Part shown: positions 36,029 through 44,765 of the stretch, piece after piece | Layout of the letters: the number at the start of each line of letters is the position of its first letter | Numbering within the stretch: the stretch's first letter is position 1 | From: Candidatus Bathyarchaeia archaeon | GTDB lineage: Archaea; Thermoproteota; Bathyarchaeia; Bathyarchaeales; Bathycorpusculaceae | Length of the DNA: 64,000 bases | Reading direction: 5' to 3' | NCBI GenBank assembly: GCA_038882955.1 | Contig: JAVZNC010000001.1 | Span: 96,001 to 160,000, forward strand | Translations under genes and position numbers: made by a program | Notes under the pieces: generated by a model | What the model was told of the DNA's origin: nothing | The model's database searches: none | Seen by the model: the letters and a program-made list of their open reading frames with translations, nothing else

Positions 36029-37230
36029 TGGAAAAGCGCCTCTATTGCTTGTTTAACCTTTTCCTCCTGCTTCTTGGTTAGGGGTTCGATTAGGTTGACG
36101 GCTATGTGAGCTATCTTTTCAGCCTCTTCGTGGCTGTAGCGTTCAGAGAAAATTTGCAAGAAATATTCGAAGGATTTGGTTTTCAAATCTTTAAGTTCGC
36201 CTTGAAATATTGAGCGGACAACTTCCTCCGAAACCTCGCTTTCACGCAACAGAACAATCGGGTGAACAAGCAACGCCTTTTCAGCGGCGCTTCTTATTTT
36301 TGTTATGTCGACTTCGGCGCGGCTTGCCTCCGCTGGAAGGGTTCCCTTCAAAATTGGTATAATAATGGCGCCTTCCTTATCCGCATCCTTCACAAGCTGA
36401 ACTGCCAAGTCGGTTATCTTTGACGGGACAAGCCCGCTGAAGTCATGTTCTATAACGATAAACTTGCGTGTTGACTCAAGCTCAATGAATTCCAGCGAAA
36501 CCCTTTTCGCCTCGTCAACCCTAACGTGATAAAAGCCCTTCCTAACTCCAGCCTCATCATAGTTAACTGTTTCCGTGCACCCGCTGTAAACGAGCATTCC
36601 AGATCCAAGTTTTCCTTCGTATGGCAAGTGCACATGTCCCGCAGCATAATATTCGAAGCCTTCTGGCAATAGTTCTGGTGGTGCTTCAGCCTCCATGTAT
36701 GGTGGTTTAACGTTTTGAATGTCTAGTGCCATGTGGAAGACGAAGATGTTGAAGATGGATGGGTCTGGTGTCGGCTTGTTTTGCTCCATAAACGCTGGCA
36801 GTTGTTCTTCTGTTTTGCGCCTTGTCCTAAAGTTTGGCACGCCGTAAACGTAGCAGCATCCTTGTTTTCTCCAACATGCTCCTTCATGCTTTGGCAGGTG
36901 ATAAATCAGCCCAGCGCTGTCAAGGGGATTTAGGATTGTTCCAGTTATTATGTTTGGCGCTGAATCGTGAGAGCCGTCAACCGTTAAAACAGGGATTCCA
37001 GCATCTCGTAGACGGCTAAAGTTTTTTATGGCGGCTTCCAGCGTGGCGTTTGATGGTCTCGCTTGATGAAAAAGGTCTCCGGCGATTATTATGAAATCGG
37101 GTTTTAGCTCGATAGCCTTATCCACCAGCTCGCTAAAGGCTCTATCGAAGTCTTCGCGTCTTTCCTCCAAGCCATACTGTGAATAGCCTAAATGTAAATC
37201 TGCCGTGTGAATGAAACTGAAAGCTTTCAA
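36025..37230 (-). CDS. mre11: Mre11 nuclease
   Basis: HTADLHLG; AGDLFH; GSHD; YYAAGHVH; YSG; overlaps the rad50 start. Confidence 0.93.
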   Translation of the reverse strand: MKAFSFIHTADLHLGYSQYGLEERREDFDRAFSELVDKAIELKPDFIIIAGDLFHQARPSNATLEAAIKNFSRLRDAGIPVLTVDGSHDSAPNIITGTILNPLDSAGLIYHLPKHEGACWRKQGCCYVYGVPNFRTRRKTEEQLPAFMEQNKPTPDPSIFNIFVFHMALDIQNVKPPYMEAEAPPELLPEGFEYYAAGHVHLPYEGKLGSGMLVYSGCTETVNYDEAGVRKGFYHVRVDEAKRVSLEFIELESTRKFIVIEHDFSGLVPSKITDLAVQLVKDADKEGAIIIPILKGTLPAEASRAEVDITKIRSAAEKALLVHPIVLLRESEVSEEVVRSIFQGELKDLKTKSFEYFLQIFSERYSHEEAEKIAHIAVNLIEPLTKKQEEKVKQAIEALFQ

Positions 37231-37385
37231 ACGCCATCGCTCTCCTTCTTGCTTTGCCGTTTAAAATTGGTGGAAGCACTATTTTAAAATATACTGGGTT
37301 GTTGCAGAGGCTATTTTCGGCGGAACAGAAACGTATAAACGGTAATCCTACAAACTTTAAGCGTTAAAGAGGAATGTAAAGGCTG

Positions 37386-38210
37386 ATGCAGTGCGAGAAA
37401 TGTAATAAAGAAGTGTTCTTACCATTCAGATGTCCATATTGTGGAGGCTACTTCTGCTCTGAGCATCGCCTACCAGAAAACCATGAATGTCCGCAAATAG
37501 AAAAGGCGCGAACACCAGTGTGGGTAACGTCGCCAACGGTAGTTATCCAAAAACAAGAGCCATATGAGTATTCCGTCACGTACATTTCCGCTGAGCCGCC
37601 GAAGAAGAGAAAAATCTATTTTAGCACAAAGGAAATTCAGCATTTAGCTGTCGCCGCTCTACTCGTTGTGGGCATAGCCCTTTCGTTGGCAATTTCTCCA
37701 GATTTTAGAATAACAATCATGGAACCAACTATACTTACGGTGTTAGCAGCAACGGTAGTTGTATCATTTTTTGCGCATGAATTGGCACACAAAATAACAG
37801 CACAGAAAAGAGGTTATTGGGCGGAGTTCAGACTAACACTTATGGGAGCAATATTAACATTAATCTCAATTATTTCGCCTCTCTTCAAGGTAATATCTCC
37901 TGGCGCCGTTGTTGTTTCCGGGTTTGCAGATAAAGAGGCTTTAGGTAAAGTTTCGATTGCTGGACCGATAACCAACATTGTTTTGTCAACAATGCTTCTA
38001 GTTGCCTATTCTTTCAATTCTCAAGGCGCATTGGCTCCAATATTCCTGTTTGGCGCAGCTTTCAACGCGTGGATAGCTCTATTTAACCTTATTCCATTAG
38101 GGATATTGGACGGCTTCAAAGTGTTTTTGTGGAACAAAAGAGTTTGGATTTCGGCTTTTGCTGTAAGCCTAATTTTAACATGGTACTCCTACACGCTAAT
38201 CTTCCGATAG
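37386..38210 (+). CDS. AN1-type zinc finger fused to M50 (site-2) intramembrane metalloprotease
   Basis: CEKC...PFRCPYCGGYFCSEHRLPENHEC; HELAH; AGPITN; FNLIPLGILDG. Confidence 0.88.
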   Translation: MQCEKCNKEVFLPFRCPYCGGYFCSEHRLPENHECPQIEKARTPVWVTSPTVVIQKQEPYEYSVTYISAEPPKKRKIYFSTKEIQHLAVAALLVVGIALSLAISPDFRITIMEPTILTVLAATVVVSFFAHELAHKITAQKRGYWAEFRLTLMGAILTLISIISPLFKVISPGAVVVSGFADKEALGKVSIAGPITNIVLSTMLLVAYSFNSQGALAPIFLFGAAFNAWIALFNLIPLGILDGFKVFLWNKRVWISAFAVSLILTWYSYTLIFR

Positions 38211-38230
38211 CAGCACATCTAGCTTAAACG

Positions 38231-38253
38231 TTCGGGAAAAGTTATTTACCGAA
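38231..38253 (+). promoter_or_regulatory. Inverted repeat overlapping the wHTH gene promoter (candidate autoregulatory operator)
   Basis: TTCGGgAAA-agtta-TTTaCCGAA straddles the BRE/TATA-like sequence. Confidence 0.5.
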
Positions 38254-38272
38254 TTGTGTTTATGATTAAAGC

Positions 38273-38566
38273 GTGAGCAAAATTTTAGTGGAATATGAGA
38301 TGGTTAACAGGGATAGACACGACATAGTGTTCGAGATTCTGAAGAAGGCAGCTTCTGGAAAAAGGAAAACTGAGATTATGAGGGAAGTAGGCTTGTCCTA
38401 CGCTCAGTCAAAACAGTATTTAAATGTGCTTCTCCAGAAAGGCTTGCTGGAAATAGAAAATGACAAGTTTAAGACGACTGATAAAGGCTTAAAATTCATG
38501 GATAAATGCGCCGACTGCTTACTATCCCAATGGAACAAACAGAGAAAGCGCCAACAAAAGCTTTAG
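38273..38566 (+). CDS. Winged helix-turn-helix transcriptional regulator (archaeal HTH_45-like)
   Basis: RDRHDIVFEIL...KTEIMREVGLSY...YL..L..KGLL...FKTTDKG. Confidence 0.85.
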   Translation: MSKILVEYEMVNRDRHDIVFEILKKAASGKRKTEIMREVGLSYAQSKQYLNVLLQKGLLEIENDKFKTTDKGLKFMDKCADCLLSQWNKQRKRQQKL

Positions 38567-38871
38567 GAAAGCTCTATTGTAACGTGAACCTCTTCTGGAA
38601 CGCGAATACGCATTATACGCCTCATAACGTTGCCTTCAGCATCGATGTAAATGACGCGTTTGTGGATACGCATTTCCCACTTATCCCAAGTTGATGTCCC
38701 CTCACCGCATGGGGACTTTAAAACTGGAACACGCAGCCTTTTAGTTGGTAACGGTATTGGACCATTCATTTTGGCGCCTGTTTTCTCGGCGATGGCCTTC
38801 AGTTCCGCACATACCTCTTCAAGTTTTTTGTAGTCTGTGCTTGTTAGGCGTATTCTTGCCATTTTTGCCAT
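38563..38871 (-). CDS. rps10: 30S ribosomal protein uS10
   Basis: ARIRLTSTD; GPIPLPTKRL; KSPCGEG..TWDKWEMRIHKR. Confidence 0.96.
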   Translation of the reverse strand: MAKMARIRLTSTDYKKLEEVCAELKAIAEKTGAKMNGPIPLPTKRLRVPVLKSPCGEGTSTWDKWEMRIHKRVIYIDAEGNVMRRIMRIRVPEEVHVTIELS

Positions 38872-39101
38872 CGCGTCATTCCTTCAACTTTAAGGCTGTT
38901 TTGTTGGTGATTACCTTACAACAACAGACCGAAAATAAAAACTTATCGACGCTCATTTTGGTTTGACCACGCAAGCGCTTGTCCCGCGTCAATTTTTGGA
39001 TTGCCGCAAAACCAAAATTGTAGACCCCCTCTAGATTTTTTAGCGATTAGCAATATGGGCACATGCAAAGTTTTAATGAAGGACTGCGTTAATGATGAGA
39101 A

Positions 39102-39776
39102 ATGCGAAGGATTAGGATGGCGAAGATAAAGCTGAGAGCAAAAGCTATACTTCTAGACTTGGACGGAACAATAGTGGACTCGAGGGAAGCCTACCTTGAA
39201 GCTTTAAAGTCCGCTTTCAAAGCAATCGGAAAAGAATTGGCAGACGAAGAAGTCGCGCTTGAAATTCCAAAGAGGCTTGAGCAGAGCTTGCCGATAAACG
39301 ACTTGATAGGAGGCGTGGATGCGCAAAAATTCTTGGAAGTTTACCTTAAATCCTACTATAGAGTGACAGCCACCAAAACGAAGCTCATGCCTAAACTTTC
39401 GGAAACTTTGGATAAGCTTTCGATGAAGGCAAAGTTGGCTTTGATAACAATGCGCCACGTTCCAAAAGGAAAAGTCATAGCGGAACTTGAGAGACTTGGC
39501 TTATCAAAATATTTTCAGTATGTTGTTACGGCTCTTGACACGCGGGACCCTAAACCTTCTCCAGAGGCTTTAATACGCTGCGCTGAGCAGCTTTGCGTCA
39601 AAACTTGTGAATGTATAGTCGTTGGTGATTCCGTGGCGGACATTAGGGCTGGAAAAAGGGCTGGCGCAAAAACTGTTGCAGTTTTAACTGGAATTTTCTC
39701 CCTAGAAGAATTGGAAGCTGAAAAACCAGACTTAATAATCGAGAACATCGCGAAGCTTCCAGATTTTATTGAATGA
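39102..39776 (+). CDS. HAD-superfamily hydrolase (phosphoglycolate phosphatase-like)
   Basis: DLDGTIVDS; KPSPE; VGDSVADI. Confidence 0.92.
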   Translation: MRRIRMAKIKLRAKAILLDLDGTIVDSREAYLEALKSAFKAIGKELADEEVALEIPKRLEQSLPINDLIGGVDAQKFLEVYLKSYYRVTATKTKLMPKLSETLDKLSMKAKLALITMRHVPKGKVIAELERLGLSKYFQYVVTALDTRDPKPSPEALIRCAEQLCVKTCECIVVGDSVADIRAGKRAGAKTVAVLTGIFSLEELEAEKPDLIIENIAKLPDFIE

Positions 39777-39892
39777 GCTCCAGAATTTGTTTAAAATATT
39801 CTGCTATCTGGAATATAGCTGAAAATTACTTAAAAATCTTATAGAAGCAACCACAAATAAAGCTTAATTAAAACCTCAACGCCTAATTTAAC

Positions 39893-40534
39893 ATGGAGAA
39901 GGCTTCGGAGCGAGAGCAAATGAACTTCATAGAAATAATGTTGTCCGAAAGGCTCAAAAACATAAACCCAGCACTGGACATATTCGGTTCAGACCGCAAG
40001 GTACTACAAGTTGCATGCCAAGACCTAACAAACTACTTAAAGGTTCACTGGAACCTTATAGGCAAGGAGGCAAACGAATGCGAAATAGCCGAACGCCTAG
40101 AAAAATTCTTCAACGAAAGCCCAAGAGAGCTTGAAGAATTCTTGGACATTTGGACTCAAATGTGGTTCAAAAAGTGGAAGGAACGCGTGAAACTGCTTAT
40201 CGGAAACGAAAATTCAAAAAGATGGGACAAAGTCACGCGTATATTAAGCGACGCCGAACCAATATGGCGGAGACTTTCAAACCGCCAAGAAATGCAAGAA
40301 GTTGTTGTTTCAACACTTGTTAGAAACGGCGAAATCTGCGGCACAGCCATTTTAGCTGAAAACCTCTTGAAGATGGAGCTTGGAGAGAAAAAGCGCACCT
40401 ACGAAATTGGAAATGCAGAAAGCATTGTAAAGATGGTAAATGCAACATTGAGAAAGGCAAGAGAAATGGCTAGAAGCAGTGGACCGTTAATTTACGTTAA
40501 AATTGATAAGGGCTACTACAATTTGACACGTTAA
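39893..40534 (+). CDS. Hypothetical protein
   Basis: 213-aa ORF with codon style like the core genes; no recognised motif. Confidence 0.7.
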   Translation: MEKASEREQMNFIEIMLSERLKNINPALDIFGSDRKVLQVACQDLTNYLKVHWNLIGKEANECEIAERLEKFFNESPRELEEFLDIWTQMWFKKWKERVKLLIGNENSKRWDKVTRILSDAEPIWRRLSNRQEMQEVVVSTLVRNGEICGTAILAENLLKMELGEKKRTYEIGNAESIVKMVNATLRKAREMARSSGPLIYVKIDKGYYNLTR

Positions 40535-40547
40535 GAGAGCCGAAAAA

Positions 40548-40745
40548 TCAGCGAAGCCTTTCTTTATGGAGATTTCTCGTCTGCCATGAATACTCTCTAA
40601 TGGATTTTGTTTCACCGTAACCGCATGCGGCGCAGCGTTTTTTGGTTACATTGTATGCCCTTCTTCCACAGCGTCTACAACGTATGTGCAAGGTTTTTCC
40701 GGCACGTTTGCCGAATGATGGTGTTCCTTTTCCCAAAAAGTTCAC
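40548..40745 (-). CDS. rpl37e: 50S ribosomal protein eL37
   Basis: KGTPSFGKR; HIRCRRCGR; CAACGYG. Confidence 0.95.
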   Translation of the reverse strand: MNFLGKGTPSFGKRAGKTLHIRCRRCGRRAYNVTKKRCAACGYGETKSIREYSWQTRNLHKERLR

Positions 40746-40969
40746 CTTGGTGGCGGCGAAATCAGGACAACATTGTCTCCACGTACAATTATTAAGCCAA
40801 GCTTCTTCACGTTTTCACTATTTGTCGTGTCTTCCGTCTCCTCTAAAACGAGGTTCAAGTGCTGGTCAAAGCCCTTCAATCTTCCACGTAGGCTTTTTCC
40901 GCCCTTCAAGCGGACGAGAACTATTTTCCCGAGGTTTTGCTCAAGGATTTCCGTTGTCATCTCACTCAT
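40742..40969 (-). CDS. Sm-like archaeal protein (LSm/SmAP1)
   Basis: G.LKGFDQHLNLVL; IVRGDNVVLISP; conserved adjacency to rpl37e. Confidence 0.95.
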   Translation of the reverse strand: MSEMTTEILEQNLGKIVLVRLKGGKSLRGRLKGFDQHLNLVLEETEDTTNSENVKKLGLIIVRGDNVVLISPPPR

Positions 40970-41046
40970 TCTGGAACCCTCAGACTACATTTTATGTCTT
41001 TTATACTTAAACTTATACAATTTAAACCTATCTAAGGAGAAAGCCA

Positions 41047-41547
41047 ATGTCTGAAAAATTTAGGAGATACTTCCTAAAAACGAAGGAGATAAAGACGCTC
41101 TCGGATGAGGTTGCTAAGCTTGGCATCGATTTGGAAAAGTTTTTGAAGGAAAAAGCCAAAGTTGAAGTTATCGAGTTTAATGAAACAAAAGTGTACTTGT
41201 TAAACGGTAAGCCGCTTCTGGCGAATGTTAGCGAAAAACTCTTTCCAACACTGCTTTTCATGGAATACTTAGAAAAGGCTCCTAAAGTTGTCGTCGACAT
41301 GGGCGCTGTTCCGCACGTTTGCAACGGGGCAGATGTGATGGCGCCTGGAATCAAACAGTTTATGGGAGATTTCAGAAATGGCGACCTCGTTTTGGTTGTG
41401 GATGAGAAGCATGGCAAGCCTTTGGCTGTTGGTGAGGCGCTTCTTGATAAGGAGGTTGCCGCCGCAACTAGGCATGGCAAGATTATCAGAAACGTTCACT
41501 TTGTTGGCGACAAAGTTTGGAATGCCATAAAGAGAGCTGGCAGTTAA
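41047..41547 (+). CDS. PUA-domain RNA-binding protein (DUF1947/MCT-1-like)
   Basis: FPTL; VVVDMGAVPHVCNGADVMAPGI; HFVGDKVW. Confidence 0.9.
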   Translation: MSEKFRRYFLKTKEIKTLSDEVAKLGIDLEKFLKEKAKVEVIEFNETKVYLLNGKPLLANVSEKLFPTLLFMEYLEKAPKVVVDMGAVPHVCNGADVMAPGIKQFMGDFRNGDLVLVVDEKHGKPLAVGEALLDKEVAAATRHGKIIRNVHFVGDKVWNAIKRAGS

Positions 41548-41660
41548 TTAAAATCCAGATTTCAGATTCATAAAGCAATTATCTGTATTAGAAATTTAGA
41601 CGTGGAATTAAGAAACACTTAAACTTTAGAAGAGCAGATAAAGGTTTAGAGAGGAGAAAA

Positions 41661-42020
41661 TTGCCAGGTTTAAGCGGAATACTGCGCAAGTCAAAGAAGG
41701 AAGAAAAAGAGACGGAGCTTAAAGGCGCGTCTGGCAAAACCTACTTGAAGGCTATGCCTCTCCGAGACTTGTCAGACCTAGACAGCATTAAAGCTGAGGT
41801 TAAGTCTGGAAACATACTTATTCTTAGGATAACTCCTCTCGCAAACAAAAGCATAGACGATGTTAAACGCGCCGTGAACGAGTTGTGCGAGTTTGCCGAA
41901 TCTCTTGGCGGAGACATCGCAAGGCTTGGAGAAGAACGCGTCGTCGTTTGCCCACCAAACGTTAGGATTTGGCGCGAGAAAACTCAAGTTTCAAAAGAAA
42001 CCGTGGTTACAGCAGCCTAA
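41661..42020 (+). CDS. sepF: Cell division protein SepF (archaeal type)
   Basis: EVKSGNILIL.I.PL...VKRAVNEL...GGDIARLGEERVVVCP. Confidence 0.85.
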   Translation: MPGLSGILRKSKKEEKETELKGASGKTYLKAMPLRDLSDLDSIKAEVKSGNILILRITPLANKSIDDVKRAVNELCEFAESLGGDIARLGEERVVVCPPNVRIWREKTQVSKETVVTAA

Positions 42021-43926
42021 ATGTTTCCATAACAGAAGGCGCGAAAGCCTGCAGTCCCATTCTCTTCTGAAGGAAATTCGCGATGCTCAAGCATTTGGCT
42101 TTTTCGCCATGGCAGACGATAACCCTTTCTGGTTCTGGCTTCAGGTTTGATATGTAATTTAGTATTTGCTTCCTATCAGAATGTCCAGAGAAGCCTTCGA
42201 TTGATTCTACGCGTAGCCTAACTTTTATTACGTCGAGTTTACCCTCGCTGTTTAAAAGCGTAACCTCGTTCAAGCCCTTTTGTACACGTCTTCCTAAAGT
42301 GCCTTCTATCTGGTAGCTGACGAAGATAATAGTGTTTGCCTCACTTTCAGCCAAAGCCTTAAAATATTCTATTACTGGTCCGCCTTCAAGCATCCCAGAA
42401 GTTGCTAAAATAATACATGGTTCGCCGTCGATAATGTTTTGCCTAACATTCGGGTGTTCAACAATTGTGAAGTAGTCTGATTGGAATGGGTTAACGCCTT
42501 CGTGCAGTATGCTGTTGCGCACCTCCCTGCCCAAATATTCTGGGTAAGCCGTGTGTATGGCTGTTGCCTCAGAAATCATGCCTTCAATGAAAACCGGAGC
42601 TTCCTTCATCAACCCACGCTTCATGTAACCATCAAGGATAAGCATAATTTCTTGGGCTCTTCCAACCGCGGGCACAGGTATCAAAACTTTTCCTTTACGC
42701 TCCAAAGTTTCATTTATTATTGCCGTTAGGCGTTCCTCGGCTTCAACACGTGAAGGCATAACGTCTTCTGGACCTCCATAAGTGCATTCGGTTATTACTG
42801 TCTCAACCCTTGGAAACTCTCTTGTCGCCGCTTCAAGAAGCATTGTTCTAGCAAACTTGTAGTCGCCAGTATAAACAATGTTGTGCAGTCCCTCGCCTAT
42901 GTGCAAGTGAACAAGCGAAGAGCCCAAGATGTGTCCAGCATTGTGAAGCGTTAGGCGAATGTCGGGAGCTATGTCTGTAACAACGCCATAACGCAGCGGA
43001 ATTGTATGCAGAACGCATTCTCTAACGTCTTTCTGGTCGTATGGCGGTATAATGCCCTGCTTGCTGGCTACATCAAGATAGTCAAGTTGGAGAAGCGTCA
43101 TTAAGTTGGACGTCGGCGCTGAACAGTAGACTGGTCCGTCATAGCCGTACTTGTAGAGGAACGGCACAAGCCCACAGTGGTCAAGGTGCGCGTGGCTTAC
43201 AACAACAGCGTCTAAAGAGTCAAGCTCAAATTGCGAGTTGTCAAGTCTTGGAAAAGACTCGAAGGGCTTTGAAGAGCCAGGGTTTATGCCGCAGTCAAGG
43301 AGAACACTGCTTTCGCGTGTTTGCACGAGAAAGGCTGACCTTCCAACCTCTTGGGCTCCGCCAAGAACGGTTATTCGTACGTCTCCAACATCGTAAATTT
43401 TTGGTCTGAAAATTCTTTCGCCTATTGTGCGGAGTATACGCTCTCTTTCCTTGCTTTCTGAATGAAGATAATGCCTCATATGCGTAACAATTTTTGAACG
43501 CAATGGTGGACTTCTTAAAACGTGGGGGCGCCACTTGGTCTGCCTTATTATTTCTTGCAGTACAGCACCATTCTTTCCTATGACAAGCCCAGGCTTTTTT
43601 GCTTCAATTATTATTTCGCCTAGGCTTGGGTCGAAGTTTATGTCCGTCACTTCTGCCTCGGCTGGGATTATTGATTTTGCTATTCTTTCAGCTTCATTTT
43701 CTGGAAGTCTCACAGACGGGTCTGAGCGTACAACTATTCTTTTTCTTATCACGTTGACTATGTCTGCGATTAGGCTGCTTTGTTCAACTAGCAGTTCGGG
43801 TCTTTTCGTGTAAACTGCAAGCGTCGAGCCTTCATACTCTATTCTGGTCACTTCAACCTCTTTTGGCACGTGCTCTAGTATGTAGTGGCTTATTTCGATT
43901 TTCTCTCGGTCAGAGTTAGGTGTCAC
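42007..43926 (-). CDS. fttA: aCPSF1 / transcription termination factor FttA (KH + beta-CASP)
   Basis: KKPGLVIGK; SHAHLDH; AGHILGS; ECTYGG; GFSGHSD; next to psmB. Confidence 0.96.
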   Translation of the reverse strand: MTPNSDREKIEISHYILEHVPKEVEVTRIEYEGSTLAVYTKRPELLVEQSSLIADIVNVIRKRIVVRSDPSVRLPENEAERIAKSIIPAEAEVTDINFDPSLGEIIIEAKKPGLVIGKNGAVLQEIIRQTKWRPHVLRSPPLRSKIVTHMRHYLHSESKERERILRTIGERIFRPKIYDVGDVRITVLGGAQEVGRSAFLVQTRESSVLLDCGINPGSSKPFESFPRLDNSQFELDSLDAVVVSHAHLDHCGLVPFLYKYGYDGPVYCSAPTSNLMTLLQLDYLDVASKQGIIPPYDQKDVRECVLHTIPLRYGVVTDIAPDIRLTLHNAGHILGSSLVHLHIGEGLHNIVYTGDYKFARTMLLEAATREFPRVETVITECTYGGPEDVMPSRVEAEERLTAIINETLERKGKVLIPVPAVGRAQEIMLILDGYMKRGLMKEAPVFIEGMISEATAIHTAYPEYLGREVRNSILHEGVNPFQSDYFTIVEHPNVRQNIIDGEPCIILATSGMLEGGPVIEYFKALAESEANTIIFVSYQIEGTLGRRVQKGLNEVTLLNSEGKLDVIKVRLRVESIEGFSGHSDRKQILNYISNLKPEPERVIVCHGEKAKCLSIANFLQKRMGLQAFAPSVMETFRLL

Positions 43927-43938
43927 TTCCTAACATCC

Positions 43939-44577
43939 TCAACTTGACAACAGCTTTTTCTTTTCCTTCTCATCTAATTCGCGGTAACCCTTACCATCAA
44001 TAACCGCAATGTTAAAGCTGTCGCCACTCGCAGCATCCCGCTTCATGGCGGAATTAACAGCCTTAACAACGATTGGCAGAAACTCCTCAACAGTCACATC
44101 TTCGCGGTATCTGTCCTCCAAAATTCCATAGGCTATTGGCGAACCAGAACCAGTGGCAACACACTTTTCTTCGGTTAGGCTGCCAAACGGGTCTATAGAA
44201 TAGACATGCGGTCCTTCTTCGTCTACTCCGCCTATCAGAACCTGCGTTAGAAGGGGCAAGTATCTGGCTGAAAATAAGAGGTTAGCGATTAGCCTTGCTC
44301 CAGAGCTTACTGGTATGGGTCTACCCATGTTTATTTTGTATAGCTGCGCGTTTGCCGTTAGTATGTCAACTGTTCTTTGAGCATCTGCAAGCGAACCCGC
44401 AATAGTCATTGCTAAGTGGTCGTCTATTTTGTATATTTTTTTGCCGTGCTTGTGGGCTACATAATAGCCCATGGTTACTCGCGTGTCTGAGGCGAGGATT
44501 ACGCCGTTCTTGCATACCACGCCTATCGTCGTTGTCCCCTTCAATGCCAACTTATCAACTGCGTCTTTACTTATCAT
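43939..44577 (-). CDS. psmB: Proteasome subunit beta
   Basis: Propeptide followed by KG-TTTIG; ATGSGS; RDAASG. Confidence 0.96.
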   Translation of the reverse strand: MISKDAVDKLALKGTTTIGVVCKNGVILASDTRVTMGYYVAHKHGKKIYKIDDHLAMTIAGSLADAQRTVDILTANAQLYKINMGRPIPVSSGARLIANLLFSARYLPLLTQVLIGGVDEEGPHVYSIDPFGSLTEEKCVATGSGSPIAYGILEDRYREDVTVEEFLPIVVKAVNSAMKRDAASGDSFNIAVIDGKGYRELDEKEKKKLLSS

Positions 44578-44643
44578 CTCATTTTCTCCTAAAACCTAAA
44601 CAGCGCGGGATTAATTCGCTAGGAAACAGCAGCATGTAATCAC

Positions 44644-44669
44644 ACCGTGAAGTTTATTAACATTACGGT
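44644..44669. promoter_or_regulatory. 26-bp imperfect palindrome in the psmB/egsA divergent promoter
   Basis: ACCGTGAAGTTTATTAACATTACGGT is self-complementary at 20 of 26 positions and centred on an AT-rich TATA-like core. Confidence 0.45.
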
Positions 44670-44765
44670 TAAAGTGGAGAGAAATCAATAGCATTTAAAT
44701 GGCGAAACACCCACTAATCTAGGGTTTAGGCAGCTAGAATTAAAAGACAATAATTAAGGTTCAGC

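Noticed and set aside
39092-39135. ATGATGA...CTGA as a second C/D sRNA at the HAD gene start
   Set aside because: Too short, no convincing D'/C' pair or rRNA-complementary guide, and it overlaps the coding start.
40548-44577. Sm-L37e, PUA-SepF and fttA-psmB adjacency as novel
   Set aside because: These are well-known conserved archaeal gene neighbourhoods.
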